Positions 22,590-32,050 of a DNA stretch of 48,248 bases are shown one piece after another (within the stretch, counting starts at the first letter, position 1; the number at the start of each line of letters is the position of its first letter). Source of the stretch: Methanosphaera sp. rholeuAM6 (GTDB taxonomy: Archaea; Methanobacteriota; Methanobacteria; Methanobacteriales; Methanobacteriaceae); assembly GCA_003266105.1 (NCBI GenBank), contig MVAA01000076.1:1-48248 (forward strand), given 5' to 3'. The notes below the pieces were generated by a model that searched no databases, was not told the origin of the DNA, and saw only the letters and a program-made list of their open reading frames with translations. Made by a program: the position numbers and the translations under genes.

Positions 22590-23366
22590 ATGACAGAAAT
22601 TATAACAATATTAAACCAGAAAGGTGGATGTGGAAAAACAACAACAGCCGTGAATCTTGGAGCTGCCCTGGCAACATTAGACAAAACAGTATTAATAATA
22701 GATATGGATCCACAGGGAAATGCTACAACAAGCCTTGGAATACAAAAAAGTGAAATAGACAACACATTATACACGCTGTTAACAGATAAATGCACATTTC
22801 AGGAGTCCGTAAAAGAAACGGTAGTGCCTAACATGTATATCATTCCAAGTAACATATCCTTAAGCGGAGCAGAAATAGAATTAAGCAAAGAAATAGGTTA
22901 TCCATATATTCTAAGTGAAAAGCTACGGGAATACGAACTGGGATTTGACTACATATTCATAGATGCACCACCATCCCTTGGAATACTGACATTAAATGCA
23001 CTTGTCGCAACAGACAGTGTTATAATACCGATACAATCAGAGTTCTATGCACTGGAAGGAATGGCAGATCTGCTGGAAACAATAAAACTGGTGGAGTCAA
23101 GACTGAAAAGTCCTTGTCCAATTAAAGGAATATTAATTACATTATATGATGCAAGAACAAGACTGTCAAAAGACGTATCAAAAAACGTCAAGGAATTCTT
23201 CAAGGACTCTGAATACATATTCAATGAAAAAATACCACGTAACGTAAAACTTGCGGAAGCACCAAGCTTTGGACAGCCATGCATAACATATGATACGGAA
23301 TGTCCTGGTACAAAGGCATACATAAGACTAGCTAAAGAAATAATACAGTTGGAAGGTGAAGAATAA
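22590..23366 (+). CDS. parA: ParA/Soj family ATPase
   Basis: Deviant Walker A NQKGGCGKTTT, DMDPQGNAT, IDAPPSLG, PIQSEFYALEG, IPRNVKLAEAPSFG (Soj-like). Confidence 0.9.
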   Translation: MTEIITILNQKGGCGKTTTAVNLGAALATLDKTVLIIDMDPQGNATTSLGIQKSEIDNTLYTLLTDKCTFQESVKETVVPNMYIIPSNISLSGAEIELSKEIGYPYILSEKLREYELGFDYIFIDAPPSLGILTLNALVATDSVIIPIQSEFYALEGMADLLETIKLVESRLKSPCPIKGILITLYDARTRLSKDVSKNVKEFFKDSEYIFNEKIPRNVKLAEAPSFGQPCITYDTECPGTKAYIRLAKEIIQLEGEE

Positions 23367-23689
23367 TGGCAGATAATGCACTTGGAAGAGGATTGGATGC
23401 ACTTATAAAAAAACCGTCAAAAAAGGAATCTAAAGAGGAAGATAAAAAAACCAAAAAAGTAGAAATAAAGCCTAATTTCACATTATCTGAAGATAAAATG
23501 GAAGAAATCAGGAAAGAAGTAGAAAAAAATCCAAGAATTAGTTTATGGTCTGCAAAAAGTGCAGCATGTCTACGTTATCTTAAAAAAACAACTCCAGAAT
23601 TCAGTATAAGTAATGAAGCATCAGTAATCTTAGAAGATGCTATAAAAGAGAAATATCCTGATATATGGAAACTCTTTGAAGATTTGTAA
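23366..23689 (+). CDS. small ParA partner protein with a ParB-like N-terminal peptide
   Basis: Overlaps the parA stop (TAATG); N-terminus MADNALGRGLDALIKK, a charged linker, then a compact C-terminal domain. Confidence 0.8.
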   Translation: MADNALGRGLDALIKKPSKKESKEEDKKTKKVEIKPNFTLSEDKMEEIRKEVEKNPRISLWSAKSAACLRYLKKTTPEFSISNEASVILEDAIKEKYPDIWKLFEDL

Positions 23690-23771
23690 TTAATAAATTA
23701 ACAATTATATCCCCTAAACACATTAAGGAAACTCATAGTTACACTTAGTAACTACTGAAAACTATTTTTTT

Positions 23772-24899
23772 CTAGATAAGGGTGCTCTGGTAGGAGCCAC
23801 CAACCTTAACAAATATCTTACACTTTCGAATATTAGCTCCAAGCTTCTGTAACTGTTTAAGACTGGTTATTTTTTCACCCTGACTTTGCATATGCCTTAT
23901 GCGTCTTGCACTTTTGAGTCCAATACCTGGAACCCTTATTAGCTCCTTATACTTTGCAGTGTTAACATCAATGGGATACTTATCCATGTTCTCTAATGCA
24001 ATGGTATACTTCGGATCGTTATTTGTGTCAAGAAAACCGTCTTCATCCAATATAATGTCATCCAAGGTGTAATTATACTGTGTAAACAGGTATTCTGTCT
24101 GATATAATCGGCCTGTTCTTCGTGGATTGTTGGCTTCATGATTTTCAAGTGGAGTACCCTTGACCGGTGTGAAACTGCTGAAGTAATTATATAAAACATC
24201 ATACTTCCTGGAAAGATTATAAACCTGTTTAAGAATATCCTCATCGCTTTCCTCGTTAGCACCAACAATTATCTGAGTGGTATGTCCACTGCTGGCAAGA
24301 CTATGATTTCTTCTATGAAGCTTGTCAATCCAGTCAAGACGTTTAAGAATATCCTTATCATAGTTTTTTGTACTTGATAAGTCACTTAAACCATCCTTAG
24401 TGGCAGCTTCAATATTAATACTTACCCTGTCAGCAAGTTGCATAGCATGCTTAATATGGTCCTGACTACTTCCAGGTATGATTTTAAGATGAATATAACC
24501 CTTATATGAGTACTTGTTTCTTAGTATATGGGCTGCTTCTATCATTTCCTCCATAGTGGTGTCAGCATCCTTAATTATACCACTGCTGAGAAACAGTCCT
24601 TCAACTTTGTTGTTTTCATAGTATTTCATGTAAATTCTTGCAAGAGCTTCGGGACTTAAGCGTGCACGCTGATATTTATGTCCCATACAGTTAGTACAAT
24701 AGGCACAGTCATTGTTGCATTGATTAGTCATTAATATCTTAAATAACGGTACGTCCCTGCTTCCAGCCTTAGCATGGTATATTCCATCCTTTATCTTATC
24801 AGTTTCTTCAAGCACATTGTCTACATTGTAATTAACATAATTACACCTATCGTAATATGCAGCATCCGATAATAACTGTAAGTCTTTGAATGTACTCAT
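23772..24899 (-). CDS. putative DNA modification/repair radical SAM protein with HhH (TIGR03916-like)
   Basis: LFKILMTNQCNNDCAYC, GLFLSSG, GYIHLKIIPG, ADRVSINIE, RLYQ; HhH VNTAKYKELIRVPGIGLKSA. Confidence 0.85.
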   Translation of the reverse strand: MSTFKDLQLLSDAAYYDRCNYVNYNVDNVLEETDKIKDGIYHAKAGSRDVPLFKILMTNQCNNDCAYCTNCMGHKYQRARLSPEALARIYMKYYENNKVEGLFLSSGIIKDADTTMEEMIEAAHILRNKYSYKGYIHLKIIPGSSQDHIKHAMQLADRVSINIEAATKDGLSDLSSTKNYDKDILKRLDWIDKLHRRNHSLASSGHTTQIIVGANEESDEDILKQVYNLSRKYDVLYNYFSSFTPVKGTPLENHEANNPRRTGRLYQTEYLFTQYNYTLDDIILDEDGFLDTNNDPKYTIALENMDKYPIDVNTAKYKELIRVPGIGLKSARRIRHMQSQGEKITSLKQLQKLGANIRKCKIFVKVGGSYQSTLI

Positions 24900-25012
24900 T
24901 TTTTTAGTCTCCTAACAAATTTTAATCGAGCAAATAATTAAGTATATATATCTTTTAAATAAATAATATAATTAATCTTAGTAATTATTAAAACTTAAAG
25001 GAGGTTTAACTC

Positions 25013-25567
25013 ATGGATTTATGGATAATAATATTAATTGTAATTATAATAGCAATAGCTCTTCTTGTAGTAAAATATTACAACGATTTAGTCAATGGAA
25101 GAAACCATGTGAAAAATGCATGGAGTCAGATTGACGTTCAACTACAAAGACGTAATGATTTAATACCAAATATTGTAGAAACAGTAAAAGGCTATGCCGG
25201 TCACGAAAAAGAAACATTAAGTAAAGTGACTGAAGCAAGAGCAAGCATGGCAAATGCAACAACAGTTAAAGAGGTTGCAGAAGCAGATACTATGATAACG
25301 AGTGCACTTAAATCATTATTTGCAGTTAGTGAAGCATACCCGGACCTTAAGGCCAATCAAAACTTTATCGAGTTACAGCAGGAATTATCAGAAACGGAAG
25401 ATAAAATATCCTATGCTAGACAGTTCTATAATGACACAGTACTCAAATACAATAACTTATGTCAACAATTCCCTAGCAGTATTATAGCAAGTATTTTCCA
25501 CTTTGACTTAGCTGAATTCTTTGAAGCACAGGAAGGCACAAGAGCTGCTCCAAAAGTACAATTTTAA
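25013..25567 (+). CDS. lemA: LemA family protein
   Basis: N-terminal TM helix, [43 protein letters not shown]. Confidence 0.93.
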   Translation: MDLWIIILIVIIIAIALLVVKYYNDLVNGRNHVKNAWSQIDVQLQRRNDLIPNIVETVKGYAGHEKETLSKVTEARASMANATTVKEVAEADTMITSALKSLFAVSEAYPDLKANQNFIELQQELSETEDKISYARQFYNDTVLKYNNLCQQFPSSIIASIFHFDLAEFFEAQEGTRAAPKVQF

Positions 25568-25692
25568 CCCTTTCCATTCTTTTTTTATTTTATATTTTTA
25601 TTTGAACTATTTTTGATAGTATTGGAAATAATTATTAATTACATCTATTCATATTAAATATTAATTCAAACAATAATTAAGGGGGATATAAT

Positions 25693-27453
25693 ATGAATAT
25701 GAAGAAACTGTTTATTATATCATTAATACTGATGTTTCTGTTAGTACCGGTATCATTTGCAGATGACGGCGATTACACAATACCATCAGCAATAAAAGAT
25801 ATTACGGTACTGGATGATGGAAGCACTGTTATCTCTGAAGAAATAGTTTATGATATAGAAGGCAGGATAAACGGTGTTTACAGGGATATTCCATTAGAAG
25901 CTAATCAGACGATAACAGACATATCTGTAGACACTCCAGGATTCTACAATACGGTAGAAGTAATAGAAGATAATCATAGAACAAGAATAAAGGTATGGTT
26001 GTATGCGGATGAAGATAAAACACAGAAAACATACGATGCTAAGGTAGCAGTAACATACAAGTACACATTCAACAAGGGCGTAAAAATCTATAATGACATT
26101 GCTGAATTGCAGTATATGACCTGGGGAAAGGAATGGGATTCCGGAGTACAGTATCTTGAATCAAACATTCACATACCGGGCAGCAATGAAAACACAGAAT
26201 ACTGGAACAATCCGGATGATTATGTGGTTTCCAGTGAATGGACAAGTTCCAACACGTTAACTACCATTTCAGAGAAATTAGGTTCACACACTTCCTATGA
26301 ACAACGTATACTAATGCCAACATCATACTTTAAAAGTACTGAAAATGCTCAAGTAATAAATATGGATGCCAAAGCACAAATCGAACAGGACCAGAAAAAG
26401 TATCAGGATGACAGAAACTTTCGTAACATGTTAATCTCAGCACTCACTTGGGTACTGGGATTGTTCATGATACTGCCGTTGGGAATATACGGGCTCTTTG
26501 GAAGAGAACCTAAAATAGATTATGATGCAGAATATGAGTACGATCTACCTACGGATGCAACTCCAATACAAGTTAATTCAATAGTAATAGGTGATGTTGA
26601 CAGCATAGACGATAATGGAATGTATGCTACAATACTTGATTTAATAAACAGAAAATATATTAAAGTCATTTCAAGCAATGAAGATGATACAATTATCAGA
26701 CAAACCCAGGAGGACACATCCAACCTTAAATCATATGAAAAGTCACTGTTATCATACTTGTCTAAGTTTGCAATAAACGGTGATATCTCATTAAAATCTA
26801 TTGGTGACACGGAAGACCCTTCAAACTATAAAACTTTTAAGTCATCATGGGAAAATCAGGCTAAAAAAGAAGTACCGGATTCAATGATTAAACGTTTCTT
26901 TAACAGTAAAGGCTCAACGATATTTAATATATTTGCAGCTTTGTTATTCATAGTTAGCATAATAATGTTCTTTGTATCAGTATGGATTGACATGCCAATG
27001 TCACGTTTCATAGTACTCTTTGCTTTGGCAATGATATTGTTTATAGAATCAATTGTAATGTTTTGTATTCCAAACACTTTTGCAGGAAGATGGACGCCGG
27101 AGGGAAAGGAATTCCATGACAAATGGAAAAGCTTTGAAAACTACCTTGAAGACTTCAGCCTTATCAAGGAAAGACCACCAGCATCAATAGAAGTTTGGGG
27201 AAGATACCTTGTTTACGCGGCAGCACTAGGATGTGCAGATGAAGTGTCAAAGAACATGAAAGACTATTTTGACCTTAACGGATTCTCTGAGGAATACTTT
27301 AACAATTCAAGTGCAGTGTACTTTGCATACTATGGAGGTTTTAGTCATCTGGACACATCATTCTCTTCACTAACGGCAGCAAGTTCTGATTCAGGAGGAA
27401 TAGGAAGTGTTGGTGGAGGAGGATTTGGTGGTGGTGGAGGTGGAACCTTCTAA
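25693..27453 (+). CDS. DUF2207 family membrane protein (copy 1)
   Basis: Signal peptide, extracellular domain, TM segments, ATILDL, WGRYLVYAAALG, Gly-rich C-terminus GGGGFGGGGGGTF; follows lemA. Confidence 0.85.
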   Translation: MNMKKLFIISLILMFLLVPVSFADDGDYTIPSAIKDITVLDDGSTVISEEIVYDIEGRINGVYRDIPLEANQTITDISVDTPGFYNTVEVIEDNHRTRIKVWLYADEDKTQKTYDAKVAVTYKYTFNKGVKIYNDIAELQYMTWGKEWDSGVQYLESNIHIPGSNENTEYWNNPDDYVVSSEWTSSNTLTTISEKLGSHTSYEQRILMPTSYFKSTENAQVINMDAKAQIEQDQKKYQDDRNFRNMLISALTWVLGLFMILPLGIYGLFGREPKIDYDAEYEYDLPTDATPIQVNSIVIGDVDSIDDNGMYATILDLINRKYIKVISSNEDDTIIRQTQEDTSNLKSYEKSLLSYLSKFAINGDISLKSIGDTEDPSNYKTFKSSWENQAKKEVPDSMIKRFFNSKGSTIFNIFAALLFIVSIIMFFVSVWIDMPMSRFIVLFALAMILFIESIVMFCIPNTFAGRWTPEGKEFHDKWKSFENYLEDFSLIKERPPASIEVWGRYLVYAAALGCADEVSKNMKDYFDLNGFSEEYFNNSSAVYFAYYGGFSHLDTSFSSLTAASSDSGGIGSVGGGGFGGGGGGTF

Positions 27454-27568
27454 ATTATACCACCACATTAACCTTCCATCATGTCCCCCCAATTATTTTT
27501 TAGTAAAATTTATTAAACACTATTTCTAATAACTTAATCATTAAACACTCATAAACAGAAGTGATAGG

Positions 27569-29368
27569 ATGAAACAATCTGACAATAGGATGAAACTGTT
27601 TATTTCCACAGTTTTATTGTTAATATTTATATTAATGCCGTTATCATTTGCACAAACGGGCACGTACTCCTTACCTTCAGCAGATGAACATATTACAGTG
27701 CAGAATGATGGAACAACAGTTATTACAGATAAGATAACCTATTCTATCAGTGGAACAGTAAATGGTGTGACACGAACAATACCACTGAGCGGACAGCAAA
27801 CAGTAACTGACATTACGGTAGAAACGCCGGGATACTACAATACACTTGAAGTGGAAAACAAGGATAATCAGCTAACCTTAAAGGTATGGCTATATAAAGA
27901 TGAAGCAAAAACGCAGAAAGTATCGGATGAAGATGTTAGAGTAATATTCCATTATAACATCCTTAAGGGAGTTAAAATATACAATGACATTGCAGAATTA
28001 CAGTATATGTCATGGGGAAATGCATGGGATGAAGGAATAGGTACTCTTACAACACACATAACAATACCGGAAACAAACAAGGACACAGAATACTGGAACA
28101 ATCCTGAAACATATGTGGAATCATGCACATGGACAAAAGATAATGAGCTTACCACAGTATATCATAACATACCAGCACATACAACAGCTGAACAACGTAT
28201 ACTGATGCCAAAAACATACTTTACAGTGAGTGCAAATGCAGATGTAATTGACAAGGACGTAAAAGCACAGATAGAAAAAGATCAAGATGAATATGCCAGT
28301 CAACAATCATTTAAAGACATACTGTCATCGTTACCGGCAGTATTATCTGCAATTCTAATGGTATTGCCTGTGGGAATGTATCTTAAATGGGGAAGAGACC
28401 CTAAAACAGATTATAATCTGGACTATGAAAGTCAAATACCAACTGATGATTCACCGGTGTTTATCAATGCAATGATACCAGGAATTATCGAAGAGGTAAA
28501 TGAAGATGCATTCACAGCTACATTGCTTGATCTTATTGATAGGAAATATTATAAGATGATAACAAGCAATGAGGAAGACACAATATTAAGAAGGTATGAT
28601 AAGGATACCTCCAATTTAAAGCTTCATGAAATTGATATAATAGATTTTCTAAAACGCTTCGAAAATGAAAGACAGCAAATATCATTAAAAAACATACAGG
28701 AAGATTCATCAACAGTACAGCAATTTGTGCACGCATGGAAGATAGATGCACTACGTGATGTTCCAAAAACAAGAGTAAACAGGTACTATGATAAAAGTAA
28801 GGAAAACCTGATGTCAGGATACAACATACTGGCAATATTCTTGGCAGTAGCATTCATAATAGGACTATTGACTTTTGCATCAGGACCACTTGTAACAATA
28901 GGAATAATACTGTCAGTAATCCTAATCATAGAACAGATAATAATATTTTTCTTTGTTGACACGCCACTGGGCAGATGGACAAAAGAAGGAAAAGAATTCC
29001 ATGACAGATGGAAAAACTTTGAAAAATACATTAAAGACTTCAGTCTAATAAAGGAAAGACCACCTGAATCAATAAAAGTCTGGGGAAGATTCCTGGTATA
29101 TGCAACAGCACTCGGATGTGCAGATGAAGTATCAAAGAACATGAAAAAATACATAAAATTCATGGACATTCCGGAAACAGCAGTATATGCTAGTGATGTT
29201 GTATCATTAGGATATCTCTGGGGATTCCATCATATACACAATACTTTCATACCTGTAGGACTTGGAAGCAACAGATTTGAAAACAGCGGATTTGACACGG
29301 GATCATTCGGGGACATCGGCGGACCAGGTTCCGGAGGATTCGGAGGAGGAGGTGGAGGAGTATTCTAA
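27569..29368 (+). CDS. DUF2207 family membrane protein (copy 2, tandem paralogue)
   Basis: Collinear with copy 1 (GVKIYNDIAELQYM.WG, GRWT.EGKEFHD.WK, DFSLIKERPP, ALGCADEVSKNMK); Gly-rich tail. Confidence 0.85.
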   Translation: MKQSDNRMKLFISTVLLLIFILMPLSFAQTGTYSLPSADEHITVQNDGTTVITDKITYSISGTVNGVTRTIPLSGQQTVTDITVETPGYYNTLEVENKDNQLTLKVWLYKDEAKTQKVSDEDVRVIFHYNILKGVKIYNDIAELQYMSWGNAWDEGIGTLTTHITIPETNKDTEYWNNPETYVESCTWTKDNELTTVYHNIPAHTTAEQRILMPKTYFTVSANADVIDKDVKAQIEKDQDEYASQQSFKDILSSLPAVLSAILMVLPVGMYLKWGRDPKTDYNLDYESQIPTDDSPVFINAMIPGIIEEVNEDAFTATLLDLIDRKYYKMITSNEEDTILRRYDKDTSNLKLHEIDIIDFLKRFENERQQISLKNIQEDSSTVQQFVHAWKIDALRDVPKTRVNRYYDKSKENLMSGYNILAIFLAVAFIIGLLTFASGPLVTIGIILSVILIIEQIIIFFFVDTPLGRWTKEGKEFHDRWKNFEKYIKDFSLIKERPPESIKVWGRFLVYATALGCADEVSKNMKKYIKFMDIPETAVYASDVVSLGYLWGFHHIHNTFIPVGLGSNRFENSGFDTGSFGDIGGPGSGGFGGGGGGVF

Positions 29369-29403
29369 AATACACAATATTCTTCCATAATAAACTATTT
29401 TTT

Positions 29404-30345
29404 TTAGAAAACAAAATTTTCAACGTTTTTTCCACAAGTGGGACATTTACCCTCATTAATATAATTTTTAACAGTATAATACTCTCTTTCTACAAGAATG
29501 TCATTACAGTTACCACAGTAAGTGTTATCATCATGGGAAGAATGGGTATTGCCGGGATATACGTGTTTTAAACCAGTAGCTTTACCAGTCTTGCAAGCTT
29601 TAAAAACAGTATCTTCACTTGTGGATGGCAAGTGATTCAACTTGAACTGTGGATAAAAAGCCGAAAAATGAAGAACAATACTGTCAGAAACACTGCAGAT
29701 ATAGTCACACAGAGCAGATATCGACTCAGTACTATCATTATATCCTGGAATTAGAAGGTTAGTGACTTCCGTATGAACACCATTATTGTAATAAAATTCA
29801 ATACTGTTTTTAACATCATTTAAACGACCGCTGCAGACATCCCTATAAAAATCGTCACTAATGCTCTTCAAATCAACGTTAACAGCATCAACATAATCAA
29901 CCATATCATTTAATGTTTTCTTTGAGGTATAACCGTTAGTAACAAGAATTGTCTTAATATCATATTCTTTTGCAATCTTTGAAGTACTGATAATCCATTC
30001 TGGATGGATTGTAGGCTCATTATATGTCCATGATATACTCTTTAAGTCTTTTTCCAATGTCAATTCAACCAATTCTTCTGGACTAAATGTTCTGATTGGA
30101 ACAAATGACGGATTAACAGGTTGGGCAATACTGTGGTTTTGACAGTTGAGACACTTTAAATTACATCCAATACCTCCAACAGATAATGTTTCACTTCCCG
30201 GCATGAAATGATACAATGGTTTCTTTTCAATGGGATCGACTGCCACGCCAGTACTTTCAACAACATTTTCATCAATTATTGCCTTACGTCCACAAATGCT
30301 GTGTTCAATTAAACAGTTATTTGGACAAATATCACATCTTTTCAT
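29404..30345 (-). CDS. amrS: AmmeMemoRadiSam system radical SAM enzyme (PFL-activase-like)
   Basis: CDICPNNC, VDPIEKKPLYHF.PG, GCNLKCLNCQN, TYNEPT, LVTNGY, VDLKS, C-terminal CxxC pairs. Confidence 0.85.
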   Translation of the reverse strand: MKRCDICPNNCLIEHSICGRKAIIDENVVESTGVAVDPIEKKPLYHFMPGSETLSVGGIGCNLKCLNCQNHSIAQPVNPSFVPIRTFSPEELVELTLEKDLKSISWTYNEPTIHPEWIISTSKIAKEYDIKTILVTNGYTSKKTLNDMVDYVDAVNVDLKSISDDFYRDVCSGRLNDVKNSIEFYYNNGVHTEVTNLLIPGYNDSTESISALCDYICSVSDSIVLHFSAFYPQFKLNHLPSTSEDTVFKACKTGKATGLKHVYPGNTHSSHDDNTYCGNCNDILVEREYYTVKNYINEGKCPTCGKNVENFVF

Positions 30346-30347
30346 AA

Positions 30348-31358
30348 TCAATCATCTTTCAAATGCTCATAACCTCTAACAGACAGTTCATATTCATTAC
30401 CATCTCTTATTAAAGTAATTTTATCACTATCGTTGGTTTTACCAATTATGTGGAAATAATCTAGGTCTTCAAGGTATTCATGGTATTTTTCAGCCTTTAG
30501 CGTTAACAGCAATTCGAAGTCTTCTCCAAAATGTAATAAGTACTCTGATAAATCCTTATTGTTAAAGGCAGCAACATCTTTTACAGTATTGTTGAACGGT
30601 AATTTATCGTAGTATATTTCAAATCCAACACCATTGTTTTTTTCATGTAAATGACCTAATTCCATAGCCAAACCGTCAGTTATATCAGTAATGCCAGTTA
30701 CTATATCCGGGTGGTTGCGTAATATTTCGGATTCCTTAAGGGGTAATGAAGGATGTAATAAGGTGTCAATAATCTCTTTATCACAGTATTTTTCAGGAAT
30801 ATTGTCGTTATTATACAGTATATCAAGGGCTGCTGCAGGGCTACCAAGTTCTCCGGTAACAGCTATCAAATCACCATAACCTATATTACACTGTAGTTTA
30901 ACAGTATCATCTGCCTTTCCAATACTGGTACCGCATAATACAATCTCAGTGTTCTCATTTATGTCTCCACCAATAAGCGTTATACCATATTCTTTGCATT
31001 TGGCTAGTATTCCATCAGTCAATTCTTCATATTCTCTTTTTGTCATTTCCAGTGGAAGACCCATAGATATTAGTATGGAACATGGAGTTGCATTCATTGC
31101 CAGTATGTCACTAACGTTTACAGTCACTATTTTTGCTCCCATCTGATAATGAGACATCCCGTCTGGAAAATGTGAGTGTTGAATGAGCATATCAGTGGAT
31201 ACTACAGTATATCTGCTGTTGTTCTCGATTAATGCAGCATCATCATGATAACTGTTTTTAACAGTAGTATCAACATTATCTAATAACTTATCTCTTTTTT
31301 CGAGTAGTATCCTGATTAATTCGTTTTCTCCTAATTCTGAGATTAACATGTTTTTCAT
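30348..31358 (-). CDS. thiL: thiamine-monophosphate kinase
   Basis: GENELI, DDAA, STDML, NVSDILAM, IGGD, VTGELG, DITDGL, GEDFELL, RGYEH. Confidence 0.92.
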   Translation of the reverse strand: MKNMLISELGENELIRILLEKRDKLLDNVDTTVKNSYHDDAALIENNSRYTVVSTDMLIQHSHFPDGMSHYQMGAKIVTVNVSDILAMNATPCSILISMGLPLEMTKREYEELTDGILAKCKEYGITLIGGDINENTEIVLCGTSIGKADDTVKLQCNIGYGDLIAVTGELGSPAAALDILYNNDNIPEKYCDKEIIDTLLHPSLPLKESEILRNHPDIVTGITDITDGLAMELGHLHEKNNGVGFEIYYDKLPFNNTVKDVAAFNNKDLSEYLLHFGEDFELLLTLKAEKYHEYLEDLDYFHIIGKTNDSDKITLIRDGNEYELSVRGYEHLKDD

Positions 31359-31423
31359 ATTAGTATATATGTAAAAAAAGTATATTAAAAAAAAGGTTTA
31401 TTTGGGGGTTATGAGTAATTTTT

Positions 31424-31655
31424 TTATTGTGGGTGTGGATTGATTTTTTCGGCTATGATTTCTACAGTAGCATCATCCGCACCTACTGCTTTGCTATATA
31501 AGATTTCTCCATCAAACTCGACTTTTTCTTCTCATCGTGGCCGTGATGATATCTATAATCTGATTTTCTTTCTGAATATTTGGTTTGATGGTTGGTACAA
31601 CTTCTTTGTTCTAGGGTAAACTAGTTGTGTATTCTTTTGCCGGTATTCGTTTCAT
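31424..31655 (-). pseudogene. degraded remnant of a sirohydrochlorin chelatase (CbiX-small/CfbA)
   Basis: Minus-strand fragments in shifting frames: SLP*NKEVV, PTI, HHGHDE, EEKVEFDGEILYSKAVGADDATVEIIAEKI. Their order matches Methanobacteriales CbiX/CfbA as I recall it. Confidence 0.65.
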
Positions 31656-32050
31656 TCTTTGAGTTTGAATTTGTATCCATAGGATATTACTCCGTCTTTT
31701 CCTTCTTCACGTATTTTTCTGAATACTACTTCTACTTCATCTCCTATTTTTAATTCATCCAAGTCACAGTCAACGATTTGTGCTGTTATTTTTGCTCCTT
31801 CGTCTAATTCAATAATTCCTACAGCATATGGTGAATTGTTTTTGAATTCATCTGTTGCGGCGTGAATTATGGAATATGTGTATATTTTTCCAGTTCCCAT
31901 AAATTGGAGGTCTTCTATGTCACCGTGGCTTCTGCAGTTTGGACAAACTACTTTCTTTGGGAAAAATGTTTCGCCACATTTGTTGCATTTTGTTCCTATT
32001 AAATTATATCTCTGGGCGTTATGACGCCATCCTTTAATAATATCACTCAT
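31652..32050 (-). CDS. DUF35 family Zn-ribbon/OB-fold protein (thiolase/HMG-CoA synthase scaffold type)
   Basis: GTKCNKCG..FPKKVVCPNC, GKIYTYS, PYAVGIIEL, IGDEVEVVFRK, YGYKF. GGAGG precedes ATG 32050. Confidence 0.88.
   Translation of the reverse strand: MSDIIKGWRHNAQRYNLIGTKCNKCGETFFPKKVVCPNCRSHGDIEDLQFMGTGKIYTYSIIHAATDEFKNNSPYAVGIIELDEGAKITAQIVDCDLDELKIGDEVEVVFRKIREEGKDGVISYGYKFKLKE

Noticed and set aside
27405..29365. GGA/GGT triplet runs at the ends of both DUF2207 genes as DNA repeats or G-quadruplexes
   Set aside because: They simply encode the family's Gly-rich C-terminal tail
31611..31613. In-frame TAG as pyrrolysine or readthrough in the cbiX-like fragment
   Set aside because: Additional frameshifts and deletions indicate decay, and no Pyl machinery is visible in the window
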